Assembly (NCBI RefSeq): GCF_009914755.1 | Contig: NC_060936.1 | DNA from: the human T2T-CHM13v2.0 reference genome, Homo sapiens | Strand: one strand, 5' to 3' | DNA: 64,000 bases | Shown here: in pieces, positions 39,951-54,370 of the stretch | How positions within the stretch are numbered: position 1 is the stretch's first letter | Layout: each line of letters begins with the position of its first letter | Translations under genes and position numbers: made by a program | The notes under the pieces: model-generated | What the model was told of the DNA's origin: nothing | The model's input: the letters and a program-made list of their open reading frames with translations, nothing else | Databases searched by the model: none

Positions 39951-40712
39951 GGGTGCCTGGGGCAAGCGCCAGCCCATGCCATCACCCTCACAGAGCCCCA
40001 GGTATGCTTGACCATTGAGTGCCAGGGGGTTAACTCTCTTCTGGATACTGGTGTGGCCTTGTCAGTCTTACTCTCCTGTCCCAGACAACTGTCTTCCAGA
40101 TCTGTCTCTATCTGAGGGGTCTTAGGACAGGCAGTCACTAGATACTTCTCCCAGCCACTAAGTTGTGACTAGGGAACTTCACTCTTTTCACATGCCTTTC
40201 TAATTATGCCTGAAATCCCCACTCCTTTGTTAGGGAGAGACATCCTAGCTAAAGCAGGGGCCATTATACACCTGAGCATAGGAGAGGGAACACAGGTTAT
40301 TGTTCCCTACTTGAGGAAGGAATTAGTCCTGAAGTCTGGGCAACAGAAGGACAATATGGACAAGCGAAGAATGCCCATCCCATTCAAGTTAAACTAAAGG
40401 ATTCCACCTCCTTTCCCTACCAAAGGCAGTACCCACTTAGACATGAGGCCCAGCAAGGAGTCCAAAAGATTGTTAAAGACCTAAAAGCCCAAGGCTTAGT
40501 AAAACCATGCAATAGTCCCTGCAATACTCCAATTTTAGGAGTACAGAAACCCAATGGACAGTGGAAGTTAGTGCAAGATCTCAAGATTATCAGTAAGGCC
40601 GTTGTACCTCTATACCCAGCTCTACCTAACCCTTATACCCTGCTTTCCCAAATACCAGGGGAAGCAGAGTGGTTTATGGTCCCGGACCTTAAAGATGCCT
40701 TTTTCTGCATCC
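39951..40712 (+). pseudogene. HERV-W protease and 5' reverse transcriptase remnant
   Basis: ctggatactggtgtg (LDTG protease motif), PTPLLGRDILAKAGA, VQDLKII...VVPLYP..PNPYTLLSQIP.EAEWF.V.DLKDAFFCI; multiple stops. Confidence 0.88.
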
Positions 40713-40943
40713 ATGTATCTTTAACCTCCTTGTTAAGTTTGTCTCTTCCAGAATCGAAGCTGTAAAACTACAAATCATTCTTCAAATGGAGCCCCAGATG
40801 CAGTCCATGACTAAGATGTACTGTGGACCCCTGGACCAGCCTGCTAGCCCATGCTCCAATGTTGATGACATCGAAGGTACCCCTCCTGGGGAAATATCAA
40901 CTGCATGACCCCTACTACACCCCAATTCAGCAGGAAGCAGTTA
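40713..40943 (+). pseudogene. HERV-W env C-terminal (TM cytoplasmic tail) remnant
   Basis: tgtatctttaacctccttgttaagtttgtctcttccagaatcgaagctgtaaaactacaa = CIFNLLVKFVSSRIEAVKLQ, ending cagcaggaagcagttag like syncytin-1. Confidence 0.85.
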
Positions 40944-41002
40944 GCGCAGTCATTGGCCAACCTCCCCAACAACACTTGGGTTTTCCTGTTGAGAGGGGGT
41001 AC

Positions 41003-41737
<735 letters not shown>

Positions 41738-41999
41738 AAAGCAGAAGCAAACATATCCTTATCCACATGACAGCAGGAAGGAGAAGTGCCTAGCAAAGGG
41801 CTAAAGCCCCTTATAAAGCCATCAGATATCATGAGAACTCACTCACTATCACAAGAACAGCATGGTGGTAACCACCCCCAGGATTAAATTACCTCCCACT
41901 GGATCTCTCCTACAATACAGGGGGATTATGGGAACTACAATTCAAGATGAGATTTGGGTGGGGACACAGCCAAACCATATCAGATTCTGAGTGTGATTC

Positions 42000-43650
42000 T
42001 GAGGTATGAGTGTACCTGGTGAGCTCCACCAATAGTAGGGAGGCCTCTGAGGCTGGAGTGGAGACAGTAAGAATAGGTAGGTAGGAGGTGAGATGAGAGA
42101 GTTGGGGCTGATGGAGCACGGCCTTGTAAGCCATGTTAATGGTGTTGGTTTTATTTTGAATGAAATGAGGCCATGCAGAGTTTTGAGTGGAGAAACACAG
42201 CATAAGAGTCAGTTTGCACAGGACCATGCTGGCTGATGTCCTGAGATTAGCCACAGTGAATAAGTAGATGAATAGAGAGACTAGCTGAAAGTCCATTATG
42301 GTAATCTAGGCCAGAGGTGATGGCAGCATAAATGAGGGGTATCAGGGTGGTGGTAGTGGGGGTGCAGAGAAGAGGTTGGACTCAAGATTAAAGTAAAAAT
42401 TAAGAGGATTTTCTGATGGAATGAGTAGGAGATGGGTGAGAGAAAAAGAGGAGTCAAGGATGGCTCCAAACTGTAGGTAGAGGTAACTGGAAGAACAAAG
42501 TCTCCATTAACTGAGATGAAAAGACATTGGGAGAAGCACATCTGTGGAAGAGATGGAACATGGAAGTGGAGTTTCATGTTGGGCACATTGAGTTTCAGCT
42601 GCCTAGCAGACATTCAAATGAAGATGATTAATATGAGCCTGGAGCTCAGGGGAAAAGGCCAGGCTAGATATATAAACTTGAAAGTAATGAGCATATACAT
42701 GGTATTAAAATTCATAGAATTTGAATAGAATCCCCCAAGGAGTGAATAACAAAAAGAAAGATTCAAATTTGAGCCTCAGGGTCCTCATGTTAACAGGCCT
42801 TGGGATATGAGAAGGAATCAACAGAGGATAAAAAGGAGCAGCAAATGAAATAGAAAAAAGCTTGGAATTTGCAGAAGTGACATAAAGTGTACTGAAAAGC
42901 AGGAATTGATCAACTGTGTTCAATGCTGTTGTTGAGAGGTTGATAAAATAAGGACTGAAAATTGACCATTAGATTCACAAAAGGGGATCAATCACCACTG
43001 TCCTTGCCAAGAACACATCTTGTTCAGTGATGGAGTGAAAACTTGAAGGAACAAAGTTTATGAGTGAACAAGTCAGGAAGTAGAGTCCATGAGCACAAAT
43101 ACCTCTTTTGTGATATTTAATCATTAAAGGGAAAAGAGAAATGAGAAGAGAGCCAGAAAGGAAGTGAGTTCCACAGTTTTTTTTTAAACAGCTTTATTGA
43201 GATATAATTCTCATTTCATAGCGTTGTTTCATGTATGTATTTATTTATTTTGAGTTAGGAGAAATAAGCTCATGCATTTATACTGTTGAGAATAATCCAA
43301 AAGGGGGGAAACCTAGAGATGAATGAATTGCTGGCATAATATTCTTGGATGGAATCCAGTATACAAATGAAAGAGTTGGCCTTTGATCATGGCACAGAGA
43401 GTTCATCTGGATAAATAAGAACGTAGGTAAAGTTTGAGTAGAAATCTGGTAGAGTTTCTTTTGATAGCTTTTGTTTTTTCAGTAAAACTGGAAATAATGT
43501 TATTAACAGAAAGGGATGATGGGAAAGAGGTGTTGGATGTTGGAGAGGAGAGAAGATATGAAATAGAAGAATATGACAGCAAATGGACTAGAAAATATAA
43601 TTGCCTAGCTGTCTTAAGGGTCCATTCAGGGTAATGAATTTAAGAGAGAC
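42000..43650 (+). mobile_element. L2 remnants
   Basis: Purine-rich L2 signatures (gagtcaaggatggctcca...gttgggcacattgagttt...aggactgaaaattgaccattagatt). Confidence 0.65.
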
Positions 43651-45562
43651 AAGTTAGCATATGGTTCATAGATGAACCAGTTGTGTTCATCTGCACTGTG
43701 TAGTTGGAAAGAGGAAAGAGTTTAATTTAAGCATGGTTAGGGTTGTGCCAAGCAAATGTAATGAAATGTTCCCCGATTCTCCTAAGCTAAAAGTAATCTC
43801 ACCTTCCTTGGAGCTTCCATAGCATTCCCTTTCAATCTTGCTTATTGAAATGTTGTATCTTGCATATATTCTTAGTTGCTCAACAGCCCCTGATAACTTT
43901 GTATCATTCTGGCTCCTACAAGTCTAAGCTTACTGTGAAGCATATAGCAGAATAATTATGTCATAATGATAATCTAAAAAATGGGTTTCCTGAGATCAAA
44001 TCTTCTTCACAATGAAGTCGTGTATGATAAAGAAAAGAACATCATCAATGGCAGTGTTATTGTGAGTCATATGTCTCAATGTATAAGATAGTTCCCTCTG
44101 AACTATATTTTTTTCTATGTTGGAGAAAAGTCCTTTATGTACCATCTTAATGAATTTGTGAATCATTGAAAGAAAAAAGGCTGGGTTTTGGAAAAATGAC
44201 AAAGTCTATGAGTTGTTAGTCTCTTTAACCTCCATTTGTTACCTCTTTCTCTGTTCTTGGAGTGAGTCCTCTTCTCCAGCTCTAAAATGTCTATTGTTTA
44301 CCATCTCCAAATACCTGACTCATAGAAAAAGCTCTGATACTTACACTGGTGTCAGATTTAATATTGCATGGCCTTCAGTAAATGTGCCACCTTAATCAGG
44401 CAAATGCAATTAAAATGTTGTAATCTGTTAAATTCTGTCCCCTTTTGAAATAATTTAAGACTCAACAAATAGACTAAACAGATTTGGCCAGCCAAGGAGT
44501 ATGTGTAAAAGCATTCAATATGTATTGGTGAGGCCCTCTGAAAAGGTAGGAATTATTTATTTGTTTTAAGTGAGTTGAGTCATGAGTAAATAAAGGGGAA
44601 GAAAAAGGCTGTTGGTCCATACCTTTTCCCCCTTTCCTGGATTCTTCTGCTTTTCTGGGGAGATAAACTAAGGACTGCTTTCATTTTAGCTGCTAAAGTC
44701 TTTTCTTGGTAGCAACTGGGAGCAGATGAGGAGCAAATGGCATCAACGAAGCTGTGGAGGTGGCCTTTCCATTTTCCAGGTCCACCTGACTGGCGCAAGA
44801 GATTCCTCCCTTGTTAATCCTCTCTACCCTGCTCATCACAGACCAGACCAGAACTCCTCCCAGATTCTAACTTGAACTTCTCTCTTTACCCAGGATATCT
44901 AGATATATATATTGATGAATGACATTTTCTATTTAAATTTGTTTTTGTCCTAAAACATTCTTTTTATGTTGTTTTCATTTTAATATATTTTCTACTTATT
45001 TACATATCTTATTGTAAAGTAAAAACCTATATCATTAGAGTCTTACATATCCTTTTGAATAATAAAGCTATTACTGTACAGTTATACATCTTAGTGCATC
45101 TATACCTATACTTATAACCTGTGTTTCTTTAAGAAAATGCCTAATAACATATTGATAAGTAAAGAGTTCTTTGTTTCAAAGTAGGTTAATGTTTAAAATA
45201 TATTTTGTTGTTAAGGGAAAGACAATTACAATATTTAATCACAATATTTGAGTTTCTTGAGGTATTAAGACTTCTGCAGTGATTAATAGGGGATAGATAA
45301 ATGTGTGTATCCTCAGCATATTTAGTTTTTAATCCTGGGGCTTTTAGTTCCTGGTTTTGCTGTTTGCACAGGGTGGCAAGAAGGCATGTTCTGGGTTTGG
45401 TATGAGCTGGATTTGGTCCAAGATAGAAGATGTCATAGGAGTAAGGCACTAAACAGACTGAAAGTGGATTTCATCTTTGGCAGCCTATGACATTTACCTT
45501 TGCTCTCTTGTCACCAAGTTTACCACACCTAGCCCATGATGGCAGACAGTGGGATGAGTGGG

Positions 45563-45569
45563 TATAAAA
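45563..45569 (+). promoter_or_regulatory. MUC19: MUC19 TATA box (TATAAAA)
   Basis: Consensus TATA 84 nt upstream of the signal-peptide ATG; predicts TSS near 45592-45597. Confidence 0.8.
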
Positions 45570-45646
45570 ACCAAAGTTACAAGGGCCCTTGTAGACTTGT
45601 CTCTCCAGAATGACTATCCTCCATTTCTAGGTCCCAAATCACAACC

Positions 45647-45698
45647 ATGAAGTTGATCTTATGGTACTTGGTTGTGGCACTTTGGTGCTTCTTCAAAG
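45647..45698 (+). CDS. MUC19: MUC19 exon 1 coding part (signal peptide)
   Basis: accATGA Kozak; MKLILWYLVVALWCFFK(D); donor AAAG|gtaaga; matches the human MUC19 N-terminus. Confidence 0.92.
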
Positions 45699-45903
45699 GT
45701 AAGAAACTAATTTAAAGAATTCTTTCAAATGTGATGGACCCCAAGTATATATTTGTCTGAATGTTTAGTGTTCTGTAGATCCAACATTTTTCTTCCTAGC
45801 AATCTTTCTTACACTACACTTTAAAGTAGGATAAGAAAACTGGATTTTTCATCTTACTGTGTATTACCTCAGCTTTAACAATCGTGTCTTAAGAGTGTGG
45901 ATA

Positions 45904-48249
45904 CAAGCATACCTTGGAGATATCTCGGGTTTGCTTCTAGCTTACCACAATAAAGTGAATATTGCAATAAAGCACACACAGTTTTTTGCTTCCCAACACT
46001 TATAAAAGTTATGTTTACCCTATACTGTAGACTAAGTATACAATAGCATTATGTATAAAAACAATATATATACCTGAATTAAAAATACTTTATTGCTAAA
46101 AAATGCTATGATCATATGAGTTTTCAGTGAGTTGTAATCTTTTTGCTGGTTTGATGTTGACTGCTGCTGAGTACCCAATGTGGTGGCTGCTGAAGGTGGT
46201 GGGGGTGCTGTGGCAATTTCTCAAAATAAGAAAGCTATGGCATTTGCCACATTGATAGACTCTTCATTTCATGAACGATTTCTTTGTAGCATGCAATGCT
46301 GCTTGATAGCATTTTACCCACAGTAGAACTTCTTTCAAAGTTGGAGTCAGTTTTCTTAAATCCTGCTACCGCTTTAGCATCTATCTTTGTCTACTCTTCT
46401 AAATCCTTTGTTGTCATTTCAACAATGTTCACAGCATCTTCACCAGAAGTAGATTTCAATTGAAGAAATCACTTTCTTTGCTCATTCATAAGGGGCAACT
46501 CGTCATCTGTTCAAGTTTTCTCATGAGATTGCAGCAATTCGGTCACATCTTCAGGCTCCACTTCTAATTCTAGTTCTCTTGCTCTCTCTACCACATCGAC
46601 AGTTACTTCTTCTACTGAAGTCTTGAACTTCTACAAGTCAGCTTCTTCCAAATTATTTTAATGTTGATATTTTGGCTTCCTCTCATGAATCATGAATGTG
46701 CATCTAGAAAGGTGAATCCTTTCCAGAGGATTTTCAGTTTACTTTGACTATATTCATCAGGGGCATCATTATTTACGGCAACTATAACCTTATGAAATGT
46801 ATATATTTCTTCAATAAGAAGACATGAAAGTCAAAATTACTCCTTTACCTGTTGGCTGCAGAATGGATGTTGTGTTAGCTGCCTGAAAACAACATTAATC
46901 TCCAGGTACATCTCCATCAGAGCTCTTGAACTCTTGTCAATGAGCAGTAATATTTTGAAAGGAGTCTTTTATACTGAGCAGTAGCTCTCAGCAACGGGCT
47001 TAAAATATTCAGTAAGCCCTGTTGTACACAGATGTGCTGTCATGCAGGCTGAGTTATTCAATATTTAGAGCATGGGCAGAGTAGATTTAGCATAATTCTT
47101 AAGGGACCTAGGACTTTCAGAATGGTCAATTACCAGTGGTTTTAACCTCAAGTCAGAAGCTGCATTAGACCCTAAAAAGAGAATCAGCCTGTCCTTTGAA
47201 GCTTGGAAACCAGGCATTGACTTCTCCTCTCTAGCTATTAAAGTCCTAGATGTCATCTTCTTCCAATCAAAAGCTGTTTTGTTTACAATGAAAATCTATT
47301 GTTCAATGCAGCCATCTTCATGAATTATCTTAGCTAGATCTTCTGTTCTGAACTTGCTGCAGCTTCTCCATCAGCCCTTGCTACTTCATTTTGCACTTTC
47401 ATAGTATGGAGACAACTTGTTTCCTTAAATTTAATGCGCTAACCTCCGCCAACTTAAAACTTCTCTTCTGTAGCTCCCTTACCTCTCTCAGCCTTCAGAC
47501 AACTGAAGAGAGTTAAAGCCTTTTTCTGGATTACAGTTTGGCTTAAGGGAATATTGTGGCTGGCTTGATCTTTCCAGGCCATTCAAACTTTCTCCATATC
47601 AGAAATAAGGCTGTTTGGCTTTCTTATCATTCATGTGTTCGCTGGAGTAGCACTTTTAATTTCCTTCAAGAACTTTTCTTTTGCATTCACAAATTGGCTA
47701 TGTGTTCAGCACAAGAGACTGAGCTTTCAGCCTATCTTGGCTTTCCACATGCCTTCCTCACTAAGCTTAATCATTTCGAACTTTTTGATATTAAATGCAA
47801 GATCTGCCACTCTTCACTTGAACACTTAGAGGCCATTGTAGGGTTATTAATTAGCCTAATTTCAATATTATTGTGTCTCAGGGAAAAGGGAGGCCCAAAG
47901 AGAGGGAGAGAGATGGGGGCAATGACCTGTTGGTAGAAAGGTCAGAACATAAGCATATATTAAGCTTGCCATCTTATTGAGTGTGGGTGATGCCTCAAAA
48001 CAATTACAAGAGTGATATCAAAAATCACTGATCACAGATCACCATAACAGGTATAATAATAATAATAAATTTGAAATATTGTGAGAATTATGAAAATGTG
48101 ATACAAAGACCTGAAGTGAGCACATGCTATTGGAGAAATGGTTTCAATAGAGTTGGTAGTCACAGGGTTGCCACAAATCTTCAATCTGTAAAACACACAA
48201 TATATGTAAACCTCGGTAAAGTAAAGCACAATAAAATGAAGAGTGCTTT
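45904..48249 (-). mobile_element. Near full-length Tigger1 DNA transposon in MUC19 intron 1
   Basis: TA|caagcataccttggagatat... and ...gcacaataaaatgaagagtgcttt|TA termini; minus-strand ORF 47065..47256 [38 protein letters not shown] is Tigger1/TIGD1 transposase; ~2.35 kb. Confidence 0.92.
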
Positions 48250-50077
48250 TAAATATATGTATACACATTTAGATATATTTGTTTTTAGCAACTGCCTAGA
48301 ACTATTACTAAGCAGGTCACACAAGATACATACAGTGTTGTTTGTTACTCATTTTCATCACAGTTTATGCTTTGATGGTTCTATCTTGAATGCATATCCA
48401 TATTAAGACTAAAGACGCAAACAGGTAATCATGTTTTTCACAAATCAAGAAATTATCACCAGTTAAAAAACTGGGTCATCATCAAAAACAACACTTTAAC
48501 ATCTTTCCTGGATATTTTAGAAAGTTCATTAATTAATTTCAGAAATTAATTTAAAGGTAAGATGTCATTTATTTTGAGAAAATTAAACACTAAGCAAAAT
48601 GAAAAAATGTCTAGAAACAAACATTGTTCTGTTCCTGAAAATGGCAGAAAAGATAACATTATCCAAATGTAAGGGAAAAAGTCTGCAAAAAGCAGGTTTT
48701 TTCCATATCTAAACTTAAAAGTCTATTCTCTAAATTTGAAAGTAGAACACAAAACATATGTCTTATTTTTCTCTGAGATGTCAGAATATAGAGAACTGCA
48801 ATTATTTGTTATAATTAAGAGAAAATATTTCTGTTTAATCCAACTATCTGGGAAATTGTCTGATGAACCATTAGAAAATGATTACTTTGTGTAATAGTGA
48901 TTTTCATAATCTTACATAGTGCTTTGCTATATTCTTTTTTCCTGTTGCATAAATGTGTTTCTTGTTTCCTAAGTAATGGAGCAAAGAGTACATTATTTTC
49001 AAAGTATTTATTAAATGTCATATCACCATAAAAATAATTTTAAAATTACTTGTTAAAGTATATTAAATTTACTGAAGAATTGGCTCATGTTTCTGAGGTA
49101 AATTCCTATATATCCATCCATTGTAGATCTGGAAAATGATTGTGACTATTTCAATAGGCTTTCCATGGATAGGCGACTTATCAACAAAATTCAGATTTTA
49201 TGTATTTATTCATGATGTCATCGTGGGAACTAAGAAACATACTTGGAAAACTGCTCTTTGCAGAAATCCTAGGTGCCTTATTTGAAATAAATTTTTGTTG
49301 CTATTAGTCAGTGTGATTTACGTTTCAAATACAGACTCTCATCATTTTCAGTAGGTTATAGGATGATAAATCTTGGGGACTGGAAGTTGCTGAAAGCAAA
49401 TATTTAGGCAGTATCCATATAATCAATTGGAAGAAACATTTGCATTGTTTAATCAAGCATAACTATACAGAAAGAAAAAAATTGAAAAACAATTTTTCTG
49501 GTTAAGTAGAAAAAAACAGTTATAAGAGACATAGTTCAGGCATAAATATGCATAATCTACTTTTATTTTTTTCTCAGGCTATCCTATATTACCATTAAAG
49601 TCCATATTATTGATTCTGTTCTTTTATTCTTGTTTCTTTTTTGTCTAATTCACTGCTTATGAACACATTACCCAGAAAATGTTTAGGGGAAATAAAAGCA
49701 TGTAAAATTTAGATCAGAAAATATACTTTAGATCAACAGCTGTAGTCATGTGAAGAAGATATAAAATATTGGCTAATATTAATTTGTGAGCTTAATTTAT
49801 TTCGTCATACATATTTTCAAGTCTTAGTTGGCACTGAAAATTTGATATCAAGTATGCTGGTAGGTAAATGTGTTACATAGATCATTTCCTATTAAATAGA
49901 AAAGCTGTGAAATAATAAATTACTATTGAAGTATTACACTTATCAGATAAAAACAGTGGATTGCTTATATTGAATTTTAGGGAAGAACGAAAACAAAAAG
50001 AACATCTTTTTCATTGTCTTAAAATATGTTATAGAGAATTATAAAATAACCTGTTTTTTTTCTCACTTTTAAAATAG

Positions 50078-50110
50078 ATGTGGAAGCCTTACTTTACCGA
50101 CAAAAATCAG
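50078..50110 (+). CDS. MUC19: MUC19 exon 2 (33 nt)
   Basis: aaatag|ATGTG...TCAG|gtcagt; DVEALLYRQKS; phase 1-1. Confidence 0.88.
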
Positions 50111-52239
50111 GTCAGTATCTTTCAGGAATTAATCTTTACTTTGAAACATTATGCTGCATTGTGAGGCTGCTTTTGGAATCATAAAATTAGTGTGTTTCTT
50201 ACACACTTGGTTTTGTGAATGAGCTCCCATGATGCCTCATTTACCCCATGTGATCTGAACTCCTTAATGACAGGATTTTGGTCTATGCTGTTCACCCTAT
50301 ATTCATAATGCCAAGAGCAGTGGCTGCAATGGAGTAGGTCCTCAGTACATCTTTGTTTTAAATGAATAAAATAAATTGGGATGATCAATATAAGATTTAT
50401 TTTGCCTACAAGAATTTTCTACATGAAAGTAACCAAATGCTTTGCAAGGTAAACTTTCTGAAATAAACCAAGGATACCCTAACTTCTTACCAAAGAAGAC
50501 ATGGGACTTCTGAAAATAGCTTAATCTTTTTTTAAGGACATGAAAATGCATGTCCATTATCATATTATATCTATACAATGATGCCCTTGGAATGTACTGA
50601 CTTGAGTAAGACAGTTTGTCCCTATTCCAGAGATTGTTTCTGAGTTTCTTTGTCTGCTTTTGATTTGCCTTTCTGTCCTCTGTCTTCCATTCAACAGCTA
50701 GCTCTATATTCTCATGGGATCATCATGTCTACTTTTAGCAGTCAGTTCCAATTCTTACCTATTGTTTTCAGTCCACTGGGCTGAGAACACCATCGATCCA
50801 AGCTCATTAGCCTTGTACTGTGGTAAGGATGTGCACTCTGAGTGAGGTCTCAAGAGATTTCTCCTGATGGGTACAGTGAATAAGCAAGAATTCATACATG
50901 GGCTCAGTGATATCTCTATTTGCTGCAAGAGGATTTGGGGACAACTTCTTGACTGCAATCTACATTTCAGATAGTCAGAATTTTCCAGGTGTTTAACTTA
51001 CATAAAGAATATTACTGTGCAGTTTTCTTTTGAAGCATTTATATTAAGTGTCTCCAATCCACATCTGTAAACCATTTCTTCTTAGCCTTTGGCTAAATCC
51101 GTGTGTGTGCATTTGTTTGTGAAGCTACGTAAGATTTGGTTTTGACAACAATTTATGAGAACATATGGGAAATGCTTTATCTTTTAAATGTGCTATTTAC
51201 TGTTTGTCTTAATTTACTCCTTCCTCTCTGGGATAGGTTTACTGACCGTAAGTCTTGGATTTTCCTGAATTGGGTTTTAGTTCAAATTTCTAAAAGTTTA
51301 TCTTAGTATCAGACCATGTGCCTTGACTATTTATTTGAATAATGCGTTCAGTTTGGGTTTAGAAAATTTAAAGGTTACAGAGCATAGATAAGCATTAAAA
51401 ACAAAGCACAATCCTGTAAGTCTCCAAATAAAAATGTTACTGAAAACATCTTTGAGGTTTCTTTAATATGTAATCAACATGCAACTTTATGCAAAATTCT
51501 ATTGCCATTGTTAAGTACTTTATTTCACAGAATTATTGAGAAAATTCTTTTGGAAACCAATGACTTGATGTATTTAATAAAAATATTTTTGTATTTGTAA
51601 ATCTCAATAAGTGTGTGTGTATGTAAATTATACTTTTTGTTGTAAAGTACCCATTCTTATTGTGAGTTTTTGACTCAGCTGTACTTACAATAGCTTGACA
51701 AGGTTGCACATTTACATGCCATTTATTTAAGTATGGAGAAAATTTACCTTGATTTACAATAATGACATTTAAATAATTTGTAAGTTGTGTATACATACAT
51801 TTTAGTATTCAGCTGGAAACTAGAAATTGTAGATATTTGACTCAGATTAAGTAATTGTACTCTATTCAGTACCTTTGTCACGTGAAAATATCTTTTAACT
51901 AAAGCTTCTGCGTTTTACCAAAAGAATAATAGTCTTTTGAAGCACCTTTTCAGGCATCTAAATATTATTGAGTGCTGCATTCTAATTTATGCATTTAGAC
52001 TGGGCGTGAGAGTGACTGGAAAATTAGCCCAGACTTTCCCCTTTCTGGAGAAGCAGAAGTGTACCATGGGCAATGGCTAATTACCATATTTATGCCTGAG
52101 TATTAAATTCAATGAGTATATCTCTTTGGGAGCACCTCCCAAAGACAAGAAATGGCTGTAATCAAGATTCACTTTCTAATGGCAAATCTGTCATTTAGAG
52201 ACACTACTAATGACAGCAATTCTCCCTTTCTTTCTTCAG

Positions 52240-52266
52240 ATGGTAAAATAGCAGCAAGCAGATCAG
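52240..52266 (+). CDS. MUC19: MUC19 exon 3 (27-nt microexon)
   Basis: cttcag|ATGGT...TCAG|gtaaat; DGKIAASRS; phase 1-1. Confidence 0.87.
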
Positions 52267-53395
52267 GTAAATTACTTTGTTCTCTTTTCTTATACTGTTT
52301 ATACTCAAAAGCAATAGGGTGGTAGTGCTTTGCTTTGGACATAGGGCATATCTCCCCTGGAAAAATCCTTCAAATGCTTAAAATATAATCTCTCTTATTA
52401 TTACAGACATGCTTTAATGTGTTTTTGTATAATCTGGGCCAGACATTTTAATCTTTGATCAATACTTACACAGGTGGTGAAATTTAAAATGGAAAATTAT
52501 TCTGGTTATTTGTTTAACCTAAAATATCTTAAACCTGTGATAGAAATGTGTATGTAAATTTAAGGCTTTACTTTCCTATATTTTCATTGGCAGGACATGC
52601 TGTTGTTTTTCTCTTCCAAGATTAATTCCTTAGTGATCTGCTTCAAAATCAATCTAGTTTCAACAGTTTTACTAGATCCCATCAGGTGACTGAATATCAC
52701 CATTATCCTTTACTGTTTGTTTCTCTACCCACTGAAATGAAAAAATGAACCATAGCAAATCAACAAGACTGCTTTTATGAAGTTTTTCTGAAATCCAACG
52801 TTAATATTATTGCTAATATCAACTTAGACTCAATTTTATTCTGGTCTATTGTACACAGCAATCAAAATAGCCCAATATACGTTCCTGTGCTTTTCTTATA
52901 GGGCATTTTACATCCCTACCTCATTCTACAACATAAATAAAATGTAATTTTAAACAGCCTTCTTTGAGGGAAAACATAAACTGAGATTAGGCAGCAGCTC
53001 AGTTGTGTCAGGAAGACAGCAAGATTATTTTTCACAGCCATGGACAGGACTCATTAAGTTCCATCACAGTGATATAGTAAGAGTTTCTCTACAAAATCTG
53101 GTTGTTACTTTTGTAAATGGGGGCATACGAGTTTTCAGCATTCCTTTAGAAGCCCCCATTCACAAATGAGAGGGAAGTAAGGGTACGCTTGGGGTTCTAT
53201 AGTTCTCTGAAAGTTCTTTAAAATTCTGAGGAATTGAATTTATTCCTATGTGTCTCAGGGAACCTTCCAGGTCTGGGTATTATTTAGGAGGGACATGAGG
53301 TTCTCCAAAGCTAGAGCTGCCTTAAGTGAATAAAAATGGCAAGCAAGAAAGCCCCCATCAACCACTCAACCAGTCAACATAAAACTGGACAAACT

Positions 53396-53728
<333 letters not shown>

Positions 53729-54149
53729 TTATCCCTCAAACTCTTCATTCTTCAATGAGATCAAGATTCCTACATTTGAGATAAGGATTGTAGGCCAATA
53801 CAGGACTTCGTGTTTTTTGATATCCACTGATTTTTACTGATGTCAGAAACATAATTCATTTGTTCCCGTTACTTTAAAAATCTTCCCACCCGCACAGTTG
53901 AATCATGTTCACCTCTCTTATCCAGCCATTTCTCTCCATGAGGTAGGGATGAAGAAGCAGAATTATGTCTATTTTTCTTTTCTACTCCATTCTGTGGTTT
54001 AAAATTAAAGTGTAAGCTAAACCTTCCGAAATTTTGTGCAAAATGTATGCAAAATCTAGTATGACTTTATTATGAAAAATATAAACATTCTATTTATCCT
54101 TAAGCTATAAAGTAGATAAACATTTTATTTATCTTTGTGCATTGTATAA

Positions 54150-54370
54150 GCAACCTGTCTTTAAGCAAGATGAAGGCAGTGTACATCGCACTTAAGAGCA
54201 AAGGATTTCTTGGCAGATTTTTCTAACCGTGTGATCTTAGACAAATTATTCAGTCTCTTCTAAATATCTATTTTCTCATCTACAAATGAAGTAGTTTAAT
54301 GGCACCTATCCCATAGAATTGAGGCTATTAAAGCAGTAAGGCATACAAAGTACTGTCATACAGATGTTGT
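54150..54370 (+). mobile_element. MIR remnant
   Basis: tgtgatcttagacaaattattcagtctct...ttttctcatctacaaatg...acctatcccatagaattg MIR core. Confidence 0.6.

Noticed and set aside
38988-40765. Intact retroviral genes
   Set aside because: gag, pro and pol contain frameshifts, stops and large deletions; not coding-competent
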